Assembly (NCBI GenBank): GCA_026025795.1
Contig: JAPEUG010000117.1
Coordinates: 1-41,992, forward strand
Direction of reading: 5' to 3'
From: Thelocarpon superellum
Lineage: Eukaryota
DNA length: 41,992 bases
Shown: one piece after another, positions 21,676-33,471 of the stretch
Layout of the letters: every line of letters begins with the position of its first letter
Position numbering within the stretch: the stretch's first letter is position 1
Made by a program: the position numbers and the translations under genes
Notes under the pieces: model-generated
Database searches by the model: none
The model's input: only the letters and a program-made list of their open reading frames with translations
Told to the model about the DNA's origin: nothing

Positions 21676-23278
21676 ATGCCGCAGAAACTGCGTCTCGGGG
21701 TCGCGCAGAGCCGTACACTGAGCTCTCTATCTTCGACCTTGGACGACCTTGGGGCGACGGCCTCTCGTGCAGCCCAGCATCATGGAGTTCAGCTACTGCT
21801 CTTCCCAGAAGCCTATCTAGGAGGCTATCCACGGACGTGCACCTTTGGCGCCTCTGTCGGGTCTCGGTCCGAGCTCGGCCGTGACCAGTTCCTGCACTAT
21901 TACCGGGATGCCGTCGATCTGGGCGACACCCCGCTCGGAGCTGGGGATGCATGGGTCGAGCGGAAGCTGCCATTGCCGCGGGAAGCAGCGGCTTCAGCAG
22001 CCGATGGGACATCGAACGGTCCCAAAGCAGCAGCCAGGGGAGACGGTACCAGAGAAAGGCTGGAACAGACCGCCCACGACACCGGCGTCTTCCTCGGGGT
22101 CGGAGTCATTGAAAGGGCCGGCGGGAGTCTATATTGCGCCGTGCTATATATTTGTCCTCGTGAAGGGGTCATCGGCAAGCGTCGGAAGGTGATGCCCGTG
22201 AGTGAAAGAGACGCCAGCCAGGCCATGTCGCTGTCCTTACTGATTCCCGCTTCACCGCTAGACAGGGAGTGAGCGACTGATCTGGGCACAAGGTTCTCCT
22301 TCGACCCTGCGCGCCGTGACGACGACCATTTCCGGGGTCAGGCTCACGTTGGCCGCCGCCGTTTGTTGGGAGAACTACATGCCACTGCTCAGGCAGAGCC
22401 TGTATTCGCAGAACGTGAACCTCTATCTTGCTCCGACCGCGGACGCGCGCGATACTTGGCTGCCCCTATTGCGCACCATTGCACTCGAAGGACGTTGCGT
22501 CGTGCTGAGCGCGAATCAGTGCGTCAAGCGGAAGCATCTCCCGGCGTGGATCCAAGGGACGGACACTCCTCAGCCGAGCCCGAGTCCGCGTGCAGAGACA
22601 AATACAGAGTCGAGATCCCGACGCTCCCTAACGCGGTCCGAATCCATAGTCACCCGAACAGAGGAGAATCATGAAATCAACTGGCCGCCTCCTGCAACCC
22701 CTGATGCTACGGCCCGGAAGCTGGGCGTCTATAATGCAGTTGAAGCCACGACCACACCGGAGACCAACGGCTCGCAAGCGCCCATCACATCGTCGAAAGA
22801 CGGCACCGCCATGTCCCTGGCCGGAGGCGCAGAGCCGGTCTCGGCGACCTACGCGAAGCCGTCTCGACGCCGAGCATCCCTCGTCACCAAAACAGAGGAT
22901 GACCACGACATCACCTGGCCCGTTCATAGCGCCGACGCCTCAGTAATGCCATACTCCAGGAAGAATGGCAGAACGCCATCGACCGAGACAACACCTGCAC
23001 CCTCCTCCAGTCATATGGATAGAGCCGGCGGAGAAGGAGGTGGGTGGAAACAAGGCGAGGAATACGTGTCTCGCGGCGGCTCCAGCATCGTCCACGCCAA
23101 CGGCTCAGTACTAGCCGGCCCATTGTGGGAAGTCGATTCCGGCGGCTTGCTGTACGCCGATGTAGATTTTGACGACTGTGATCGGGGCCGGCTTGATCTG
23201 GATGTCGCCGGGAGTTATTCGCGGAATGACGCCTTTTCTCTTTCTGTTGCCGGTCTGGATCTGTATCCCCCGCCTTGA
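21676..23278 (+). CDS. Nitrilase / carbon-nitrogen hydrolase family protein, 2 exons (intron 22198-22261), ~512 aa
   Basis: Catalytic triad motifs [11 protein letters not shown] (E), [15 protein letters not shown] (K), [11 protein letters not shown] (C). C-terminal GGSSIV...LAGP...[11 protein letters not shown]. Confidence 0.93.
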
Positions 23279-23368
23279 ATGGATTCGTTCGAGCGGTATA
23301 TGTTCTGAGCTTGTACGTACCACGCAGCATAAACTACAGAGTGGTGTGAACCTATTCAGCGGACTTGC

Positions 23369-25180
23369 TCAAGCTTCTTTAACATGGCCCAGGGCCTGTC
23401 CCATCTGGATCTTTTGTCCCTTCGCCACTGCCCATTTCCACCCACGGCGGACATCCCCGGGATCGTCTTCATCTGTTCGCTCAGCACGGGGCGCCTCGAA
23501 GACGATCACGACGGAACTGCCCAGCTGAAACCCACCCATCTCTTCTCCACGCTTCAGTGCATGACCGCCCAGTACTTGGCTCGCGCTCTCGTATGTCGCC
23601 TCGGCAAAGCCCGCGTATGCTTCGCCGCGTTTGGCGGCGTCTTCGGCTGCCCGATCGGCCGCCGTGTCGGTCGTGAGGCTGTTGGTGCGCAGCTCGCGGT
23701 CGAAGTTGATCTTGATGGAGCCCACGTTGGTGGCACCGACCGGCGTAAAGCTGAAGAAGCCCCAGCGCCAGCGGCCGAGCAGGACCACCCGCTCATTGAG
23801 CGTGAAGAGACCTGGGAGCGTGCGTTGCAGGTAGGGTGAGACGCTGAAGAGTTCGCCGGCAAAGTGCCGTCGCTTCTCCACGACCCATGAGGTGGGCGAG
23901 TGGAAGCGATGGTAGTCTCCCGGTGCCAGGTAGACCACCACGTAGTACAGAGCCGTTTGGTTCTGTGCCGTGAGACGCGTGTACCATGGCGCGTTCTCCG
24001 GTGCGAGGGCAAGTTCCGCGCGTACTTCGGCCTCGGACGACGACTTGGGTGTGGTAGACTCGTCGGTGGATGTTGCTACGTTTGGTGCATCATCGCCCGA
24101 TGGGCCGGAGAAGAGGTTGGGAAGGGTGTAGGAGATTCCGTTGACGCGGGCAAATTCTTCGTCTGATTGCAGGAAATCTTCATCCCCAACGTTCCACTTT
24201 GACCGGCGACTTTCCGTCGACGAGTCGGTGACCTGCGAGATGTCGGGTGACGTCAGGGTGTGCGGAGGTACCTCTGGTGCAGTGGATCCCAGCAACGCAT
24301 CGAGACTGTAAGTCATGCCCTTCACCTGCTCTACTTTTCCGCCTTCGATTGTTCCAAACTGAAGCACTCGACCATCGGCTGGGGACAATAATGCGGACAT
24401 GTTGGGGTCAAGGGGACGACATCCAGGCTTCAATGTCCGGTAGAAGAAGGACGCCAGGTTGGGATAGACGTGGAGGTCTGGCTCAGAGACTTCGGATAAG
24501 CTATGGGTCGTCAGCGGGTGGCGAGAACAGATCAAGATGTGCCGTACTTGACGCCAAAGACCCAGGAATATAATCTGAAGCCGGGTACCCGAAGGTAGTA
24601 CGGAATTTCGAGCTCGTTGAAGCGGCCCCACACTCTAGAAATTGCTTTCAAGGGTAAGGTTGACATGACTTGCACTTGCCTAGAAGGAAACTGTGAGTTG
24701 AGCCAGCCATCAAGCACACTTCATCTTGACGTACCATGGTCCGCTGGGCCGGATCCGCTTCCTTTTCTTCGGTCGCCCGAGACCTCCATCTTCACCTCCG
24801 TCTTGGGCGTTGCGATGGCTTTCTTCGTCCTCTCTGGCGTGCTTCTCTCGTTGTTGGACTCGATAGAACTGCGCCAGGCCCAGGAAGCCGATGCCGAGGC
24901 CGACAGGAATAGGGTACCACTCAACCTTGGTGGCACTCAGGGCGGCCCGAAGGCGAGCGAAGAAGCTGGCGCTCGGTTTGCTATCATTGTGACGATGCTC
25001 TCGACGGTGTGCCGAGCGGAAGAAGGAACGGGGAAAAGGGACGGTTGGGCCGAGACGTCGTGTGCAAGGCGTACACTGTGGACGACATGGTTGGCGTCGA
25101 AAGTGCCAGCGAAGACCCTCATCAAGCCTGCTGCTGCGTACACGCAGCGAGCACGGGCGCATCGGAAGCACGAGCATCAT
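23369..25180 (-). CDS. PSD1: Mitochondrial phosphatidylserine decarboxylase proenzyme, 3 exons (introns 24734-24680, 24547-24501), ~569 aa
   Basis: Arg-rich presequence, [16 protein letters not shown] segment, [42 protein letters not shown], autocleavage motif GFQLGSSVV. Confidence 0.96.
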
Positions 25181-25783
25181 CTTCTATCTAGATGCAAGTG
25201 TGACAGGGCTCTTCAGTATCTCGCCTTGCTGTGTGCATCCATGGTCACAAATAAGGCTGCACCGTGCTCATCAAATGGTGAATGTGGTAGTGGACATGCC
25301 CCCGATTGTATATCACGGACTATAGTATCAAGCGGGTTCAAGCGGGTTCAGGTTACGTCGGCTTGAGCTGACCTTCACCCGCTTCGCCGTTCATCACCGT
25401 TCACTAGCAGCCGGCGAAGTAGGGAAGCAATGTGCAGGGGTCAGAGAGACATCCCTTCCGCTAGATGTACGAGTACCGTAACTGGAGAGTTTGGACTCCC
25501 GAAGCTCACCCGTAAGTTAGTGTCTTCCCCAGGCGTCAGTCGACCGGGATGAGCATCGCTAAATATGTGACGATTGACTGGCCACATATCACCAAGCGTC
25601 TCAAATCTCAACGTTAACGTGACAGTGTGCCTCACTTGGACCGGCCACCCAAGCTGACGCGTCTCCACCGAGCATGCAGACTGTGCTTCTGTTGTGGACA
25701 TCTGTCGTGAAACGCTGCTCTTGAAGAGGCACAACGCTCTTGTCCACATCTCCACAATACACATTATCCCCTTGGACCGCACC

Positions 25784-28680
25784 ATGGCGTCGGCCGAAGA
25801 GGAAATCCACGATGAGCGCTTGAATTCTACCATGCAGCTCCATATCCTCTCACCCTCTCCTGAGATTCCTAACCAACTCAGTCTGCCGTCCGTTCTACCT
25901 TCTACAACGGTCGGCCAGCTGAAAACCCTCATCCACGATGCCGTGGCCACAAGCCCTTCACCCGGTCGACAACGACTGATCCATCGTGGCCGCATGCTGG
26001 GCTCCGATTCTGAGACGATGCTGGAGGTCTTTGGGAGGTTGGCTGTAAGCTCCACCTCTTTACAATCACGACATATACAGTGTTCATTATGCACCAGATC
26101 CAGGAAAACCCCATTCATAGCTTGCACCTCGTCCTGCGACCCGACGCCGCTTCGTCGCGAGACTCCACTGCCCCCGTGCATTCGGCCTTCTCCACCCCAC
26201 CGCAAGTCCACCCTCGACCATCCCGGCACATCCCAGGCCGTTTCTCCTTCTCCACTCCCCAGACTTCCCAGCCGGTGGCGCCCACCTCCCCACAGCCACC
26301 TAGCCAGACTTCGGCTGCGGTGGATCAGAACCCGGTACATCCAGCGGTGCCGGGCCCGCTGTCGGGAGCTCCAGTGCAGGTGGCTGCTCTAGAGCAAGAC
26401 CAGGCCGACCAGGCCGACCAGGCCCGACATGAACACCGTTCCCAGCGCGCCCACATCAATCGCCAAGCGTTGCCCAATCTGCCCCCCAGCTTGTCCAACC
26501 CGACCGTGATGCCACCGCCCACAGGACAGATGACGACGTCGCCACTACCGACGCCGAGAAACGTCCCATCCCCGGCCATGTCGGCACAAACCTTTCAGCA
26601 TCTGGTGGGACAGGCACAACGTGCGAGAGCCGCGGCTGGGATGCATGGGGCGGGAGATCTGACGGCTCGGCCGAGCTCGGCCCCGGCACCGGAAGGCCTA
26701 CCCATCCCTCCTGCCACCAATCCGGTCGTTGCTGGCCCTACTCCGATAATGGGTCCACCGCAAGCATATCCAAGCTCCAGTGCGTCCTTTAGTCAGGAAG
26801 TCATTAGTTCGGATGGACAGCGGTGGCAGGTCACGGTAAATGAAAATACCATGACCTTTCCCAGCTCCACCATTACGGCGAGGGGAGGGGTCCCAACACA
26901 GGCCCTCATACCTCCGCCATTGGTCCGAACCCAAAGCATGACGGGATCTTCGAGCATTCAGTCACCAACGAGCAACACTAGCGTACCGTTGACATCCCCC
27001 AATGGCGTGCGGGCAGATGTCGAGGTCGACCCAACGGCGCAGGCCCAGCATCTGGCACATGTCAATCGTCAGTACAACGCCTTGCAAGAACGCGTGCTGC
27101 AAGCGCAGGCAGCTCTGGATGCGGGTCAACCGCTGTCAGCCTCAACTCTGTCGGACATCACCCGAGATATGAGTACGCTGGTTCAATCGAATCTGGAACG
27201 ACCGAGTCCCGGACGAAGTCCTGGGCGACCGACAGCAACGCGATATCAAACGCCTCGCACTCGATCGCCATTGCACTCCACGGCCTCCACAACACCGCGG
27301 GTGACACCTGCATCAGCCCCGTTGACTCGATCGGCATCGATGGGCCCTTTGACGGCGCTCACTCCAAGCCCCCCGTCCGCGGCTGTTTACGTCTTGTCGT
27401 CCCCGGCCGGACCGTATGCGCTTCTCGTCTCACCGGCTGGCACGTACGCGACCACCGGACGTGCGTCCGTCATACCACATGGCCCGTCCGCTACCCATAC
27501 CGGCATACGACACGTACCCTTGCCCACGAATCCCCGGGGGAACACGAATCCATTCCAAGGGCAAAATCCAATCCAAGGGCCGAATCCATTCCACCTCCAG
27601 CAGGTCCACCGAGCCCAACAGGCCCAACAGGCCCAACAGGCCCAACAGGCTCAGGTGCTTGCCCATGCCCAATACCAAGCAGCCCAAGCCCAAGCCCAAG
27701 CCCAAGCCCAAGCCCAAGCCCAAGCCCAAGCCCAAGCCCACGCCCACGCCCACGCCCACGCCCAGGCACACGCCCATGCTCATGCCCAGGCCCAGGCCCA
27801 TGCTCATGCCCAGGCCCAGGCTCACGCTCAAGCCCATGCCGCTCTGCAGCCAAACGCCGCGCAAGCTGCGGTCGCCATTCCTCCCGCCGCGAACGCTGCA
27901 CCTGCCGCCGCTGCGCAAGTAGGACAAGCCCAAGGCCAAGACCAAGCCGGTGATCTCCTCCGACTTCTACTCCCACTGGGAGGCCACCTCTGGCTACTCA
28001 TCCGCCTACTAGGCTTCGTCTTCTTCTTCACGGGGGGGAGCGGCTGGCGGCGAACCCTAATAATCTTCCTCGGCGCCGTCGTTGTTTTCCTCGCCCAAAC
28101 GCCCCTCTTCGCCGGCGTGCAGGAAGCCGTTTGGGGCCCGATCCGACGGCATATCGAGGGTCTGTTCCCCATTGGCGCTGCCGCTCTTCCTAATGCCAAC
28201 GCTGCCGTCCCTCGTGCAGACGACAACGCCCCACGAACCGGCAGAGCAGAACCGCTCGACCCCGCCGTGACAGCCGCGCGACTAGTACGCGAACGCCGCG
28301 ACCAGCGCAGCTGGCTAGGCGAGCGCGCGCGCCGGATTGAGCGGGCGATCATTCTCCTCCTGGCCAGTCTGGTCCCCGGCGTCGGCGAACGCCACATCGC
28401 CGCTCGTGACGCCGAGGAACGAGCGAGAGCGGAGAGAGAGTTGCAGGAGGCGCGGAGGCGAGAAGAGCGCGAGCGGGAGGATGAAGAAAGGAAGGAAAGA
28501 TGGAGGAGACAGGGCGAAGAGGGGCACAAAGACGGAGAGAAGGAGAAGAGAGGAGTGGAAGGTGACGCAGGGGAGGGATCCGCCTCCCATTCACGTTCCC
28601 AGCAGTCCTTGCCGCGGCAGCAGCAGCAGCAGCAACAGCAGCAACAGAACCCGGCGCCTCTGCCCGTGATTGAGATCTAG
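25784..28680 (+). CDS. Ubiquitin-like domain ER membrane protein (Usa1/HERP-like ERAD scaffold), 2 exons (intron 26045-26097), ~947 aa
   Basis: N-terminal UBL (LHILSPS...TTVGQLKTLI...QRLIHRGRML...LHLVL), long low-complexity middle, VYVLSSPAGPYALL motif, TM hairpin GGHLWLLIRLLGFVFFFT, and ASLVPGVGERHI motif. Confidence 0.8.
27613..27840 (+). repeat. Coding microsatellite block: (GCCCAACAG)4, (GCCCAA)9, (GCCCAC)4 and degenerate GCNCAN, encoding AQQ/AQ/AH repeats
   Basis: Read directly: GCCCAA x9 at 27682-27735 and GCCCAC x4 at 27736-27759. Confidence 0.95.
28618..28647 (+). repeat. CAG/CAA repeat encoding poly-Gln (Q10)
   Basis: cagcagcagcagcagcaacagcagcaacag near the C-terminus of the UBL protein. 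Confidence 0.9.
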
Positions 28681-28981
28681 GGGATGACGACAGAAGACAA
28701 GTCTACGTGGGAGCTGCATGATAATAATGGTAACGGGACGTGACATAGAGGGTAGATTGAGCAGAGTTGACATTCATGCATCATGGTAATCACTGACGGA
28801 TTTCTTTTTTGGTTGTAGTGATGGTTGTGGTTGTAGCTGTAGTCTTTTTCTTCTATTGGACTGGACTCGACAGGACTGCATGTCACACCACGCTCTTCCT
28901 TCGCCCCCTTCCTTCCAGTGTGACTTCGGTCATCATCATCCCTCATCACTCAAAGGTCGCTCATCGCTCCTAGGTCATGGC

Positions 28982-31900
28982 TCAATAAGCAACCCGTGTG
29001 CGCATATCCTAATCCGACCCGTCAGCCCCACCAGCACACCCTCAACAGTAGACGAGACAAGGACGCAAGGGTAGAGCTGTGCGACACGATACGTACCGTA
29101 ATCTTGCGCTCTATCTCACGTACCGACCGGTCCAGTTCCCCTGCTATCATCTGTTTCTTGTCGTTTGACAAGAGGGCGTAGCGCTCGCATACTAATGTCG
29201 TGCGTGTCCTGGTCAGCGTCCATTGTCTCTCCGCTCTCCGCTCTCGCCTCTCTTGTCACATGACTTGCTTCCGGTCTGACTGGATGAAGGATAGACCAAG
29301 GAAATATAGGATAGGAGGTGAAGGGGAGAGGTGAGAAGAACACGTACAATCGCCGTCAATTACCCCCTTGACAGGAACATAGTAACTTCGATATATGAGG
29401 TGGTCGCGGCCCGCGAGAGGCGCGTCCTCGGTCCGGAGATGTTGCTCGAGCGTCTGGAAGAAATCGACGTCCTCACGGCTGACAAAGGGGCAGAGTACTC
29501 CCAGCGTCCCCTGTAGTCCACTCCAGAGCAGCACGTCTCGTCCGCCCGTCACCAGCGACGTCTTCTGTACGCTGGTGGGAACGTCGTGCGTGAAGAAATG
29601 ACACATCAGCGCCAGGCGGTTGGGGGCGCCTTGCAGGTAGGATCGCTCATGGATCAGATGTGCGCCGGATCCGTCTTCGTCTGCTTCTTCGGACGCTTTG
29701 GTGGGACAGCGGACGAGCCACAGATTCCCGAATTTGTCGCCGCCCGCTACCGTCTCATAGTCTACCATCGTTGTGCATGTGGTCCAGCGCGCCACCACGT
29801 CATCCACGAAGGGGATCAGCCGGTTCTCTTGGAATTTGTACACCACAAACACCACGCCCTCTTGGGCATCGCTGACGACGATACGGCTACCTTGCGTTTG
29901 GAGCCCAACGATGAGGTTGGGTACCACTTCCGCTTGCGACTTGCGCAGGAGCTGTTTCATCCCGAGGTCGTACACCCGAAGATTCGACCCGATACCGGCC
30001 AGGAGACGGCCTTGGAAGCCAAGTAAGGCCAGTGGTGGCTCCTCCACCTTGGTCTTGTGGATAAATTCCAGCTCCTTGCCTTCTTCTTGAAACCGGTAGA
30101 CGTGGATGAAGCCGCCGTTGGAGGATCGGGGACTGACCACAATGTCTTTGCCCGTTCCGACCACCAGAAACGTCTCGTCGTCTTGGCTGGAGAAGGACAC
30201 GGCCGCAATGCTGACTGCGGCTTCATTCTCCTCGAGATCGATACGTTGCAGCGTATCTTTGGCGGTAACGGGGTCCACCACCTGGATGCACGAGGCCCAG
30301 TGACCCTTTCCACGTGAATAGCCAAACTCCTCCGGTGGCAGCACGGCGGCGTCTCCATTCACCACCGACGAGTCGGTCAGCAAGCGCGACTTGGTCTCGG
30401 GAGATAGGATGTTGTTGTCCGATTGCGCCACGTAGAATAAGGGATACTCGGGATGTCGGACAAAGTGTCGAGGGGTGTATGTGAGAGGAATCGATTCTTG
30501 CAACAGGTTCTCCGTAAGTTTCTCAATATTGAAGATCCTGCGCGACTGATTAGCACTGGAGTATATTCTCATTCGTGAACTCATCAGCGATAGTAGCGTG
30601 ATCAGAAGGAACAATTGGAAAAGTGTAGTTTTTCCGCAGCGTCGAGACGACCTCAGTGGATTGGCTGTTATTCATCAGGAGTAGACCATATGGTCCAGAA
30701 AGAACGAGAAGACAGAGGCGAAATCATCTCACCGTAAGGTCGTCCCCTGAATCCCGACCATCCCCTCGACGCATTGCTCACTGCTAAAGTTCCATCCCCA
30801 GGTCAAGCCCACGTAGTTCAAGGGCGTGAGCATGAAACCCTTGGTCTGCGGATCGGAATAGCCCAGCCATGGCTTCGAGCTGAGGGCCAACACGGCCGAC
30901 TGGCTTTTGACCGAGACTCGGAAGAGCTTCACCTTATCCGGCCCAAGGAAACGCGTTCGCGTGTCGGATAGCTCTCCCGTGATCTCATCCAGCACGGTGC
31001 GCAGGTAGACGCCGGAGAAGAGACCGATGTGGAGGTAGAGGGTGGATCCTCCAGAAGAGGAGTCGGCCATGGCCATAATCAGCAATGCCGATGGAGCCGA
31101 GGTGAGGGCTTGGACGGATTTGTTCTCCAGCGTCGATTCTGGATCCAGGCTCAAGATGCGCACGGTGGAATCGTCACAGCCGACGGCAAGGAAGGGACTT
31201 CGGACTCGTCCCACGGGCACTTCGCCGAGACTCAGACACGTCACCGTCCCACTCATCTCCCGCTTCTCATCGTACTCGGCCAAGGAGCCATCCTCGTCCA
31301 TCTCGAAATAAACAATCTCTCCCGAGCTCAGGGCCACGGCGACCTGGCGTTCGTTTGTCGTTGCCGCCACGATCGATCGATGCTGTGGGGCCGGCCATTC
31401 ATTCACCCGCCGGTCGCCTCGGATATGTCGAATGCCCTTGGCGTGGATCTGGATGAGGCCATCTTCGCCCAGCTGTTGCACCGCAAGCGTGGGGGCCGAG
31501 GACAGAAACCCGGTATCCGTCACCTCCTCCACCGTCTCGCCAATGCTGAGCACCAGGGTGCCGGTATCCTCAAAAGAGAGCACAATATACGCGTCGTACT
31601 CATCGTTGCGCGTATGCTTGGTGGTCCAGACCGCCGTCGGAATGCCCGGGATCTCCGACTCCACAATCTCTGAGGCCTCCAAACCGTGTTTGAGCGTGCG
31701 AAAGGTGCTCCGCGCACCGGTGCCACAGATGGTGTAGATCTGGGGGGCGTCGTCATCGGTCAGGTTCGCCACTTTGCACTCGATGATAGGATTCAGCGAA
31801 TCGATGCTCTCGACCAAGTTGACGTTCTCGGCGGCGCGCGGATGGAAATAGACAGGGTTGTAGGATTCGGCGGGATCGGCGGGGAAATTGTCGCTATCGA

Positions 31901-33201
31901 ACTCCGTCTCGTCGTCGTCGTCCCCCAGCTTTTCAAACTGGTAGAAGTGGTGGTTCCCCGTCTCGCTGGCGACGTACAAGAAGCCGCTCTTCAGAATGCA
32001 CAGACTCGACGCCGCGGGCACGGTGTCGAAGTACTTGATCTTCAGTCTGCGCACTTCGCCCGTCGCCTGACCATTGTCGTCCTCGACCATGTCAAAGGTC
32101 ACCTTGAACAGATCGCCGTCTTCACTCTGCAGGAGGAAGAAGAAGGCGCCGCGCATTTTGTGCATCACCCCCGCGACGATGTGACGCTTTCGTTGTGGGT
32201 CCTCGGTGGCTCCTCTCCGGCGTGGAATGGCGACGCGGAAAGCATCTTGATTGGAGTGTCGATAGGTGACGTTGTCCTCGCCACAGACCAAAACTCCACT
32301 GGGGCCGTCAGTGCCGCCGGGCACCTGGAAGAGCATCGAGGCCGATCGATCGACGGGATCCGACCATTTCCGGATAACGTGATTCAGGCCGAGATCTAGC
32401 TCGTAGTAGACCAGCGATTTTTCAATCTCCTCGTACGCCTGGCCGGTGGGATCTTGGTCGGATTCGGCGTAGTCGACCTCGAGCGCGGCAAAGATGGGGT
32501 TCTCGTATCCCACATCCAGGCCGACCATGGCGAAGAGCAGGGTCTGGGGCTTGTGTGCTTCCAGCGGCGAGGAGATGGTCAGTTCTGCCTGAGCATTGCG
32601 ATTCAAGACGTAGACGAGCTTGTTCTTCTCCACCGACGCAATGGCACACGCCCGCCCCTTGGGGTCGACGGCGAGATATTGGCCGGGGATGACGCGCCGG
32701 ACGCCGGACTTGCCGAAGGTCTCGAGGTGAAGCCGGTTGAATTTGTTCTGGGCGGGGATGTATTCCACAATGGTAATGCGGCCCGAGTCGGAGCCAATGA
32801 TGATATAATCTAGATGAGCGTCTCAGCATCTGTTCGTCCCGCCTCATCCGTCGACCGGCGCGCACGCGCATGCGCATCGGACGAGATACGCTGGCTGGTC
32901 CACGCTTTGACGAATCACTAAACGAGGCCATCGAGCACGCACGCATATCAGACGTACCTTTGGTGCTGCCGGCCAAGCGAAAGGCGGCCAGGGAGCGGAT
33001 GATGCCAAAGACATCGTGGGAAAGGATGGTGCTGACCTTGCCCTGAACTGGGTCGGGTCGATGGAGGGTGAGTCGTGATCCCGAGGCCGTGACAATCTGT
33101 TGTTCTTTGGTGCCAGCAAATTGCCCGAGAATTGCCTGGGTGACGGCGGAGGGGGGCTGAATGGTGAGGGAGTACATGAACATGGAGGAAGTGGTGGCCA
33201 T
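28982..33201 (-). CDS. RSE1: Pre-mRNA splicing factor Rse1 / SF3B3 (SAP130), 5 exons, ~1210 aa
   Basis: [77 protein letters not shown], ending DMRTRVAY*. Introns 32957-32810, 30732-30538, 29347-29192 and 29096-29009 give a total length divisible by 3. Confidence 0.97.
30598..30682 (-). ncRNA. Intronic box C/D snoRNA with D-guide for 18S Am541 (snR41/SNORD62-type) and a second D' guide
   Basis: Minus strand: box C cTGATGA (30678-30672), guide AGCCAATCC, D' CTGA (30656-30653), GTCG/CGAC stem, C'-like TGCGGA, guide TCCAATTGTTCCT (30619-30607; 13-nt complement of 18S AGGAACAAUUGGA), box D CTGA (30605-30602). Lies in the 195-nt RSE1 intron 2. Confidence 0.85.
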
Positions 33202-33471
33202 CCTGGGCAACTGTGGCCCTTAGGGCCGGAGGAACTCCTCAGCGTTGTAGCGGCCCTGTACGAGAAGAGACGAAGAATGTACAACCAGTAAACCTCTGTC
33301 GGCTCAATTTATCAGGGATATGAAGGCGAATGTGGGTCTCGTGAACTGAAGCTTTTGGCTTTTCGACGTTGCACGTATATTAGATTAGTCAGCGAATGTG
33401 ATGTGATCATTGCCTCGTCGCTGGATGATGAAAGAAGAGCTTTGGGACGATCGACAGAGCGCTCTGACAAG

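Noticed and set aside
27416..27976. ORFs encoding PKPKPK/PTPT or GLGLGL repeats
   Set aside because: These are alternative frames and the antisense strand of the AQ/AH microsatellite in the UBL gene.
32810..32957. Long RSE1 intron 1 (and intron 29192-29347) as further snoRNA hosts
   Set aside because: No convincing C/D or H/ACA box set and no rRNA complementarity found by eye.
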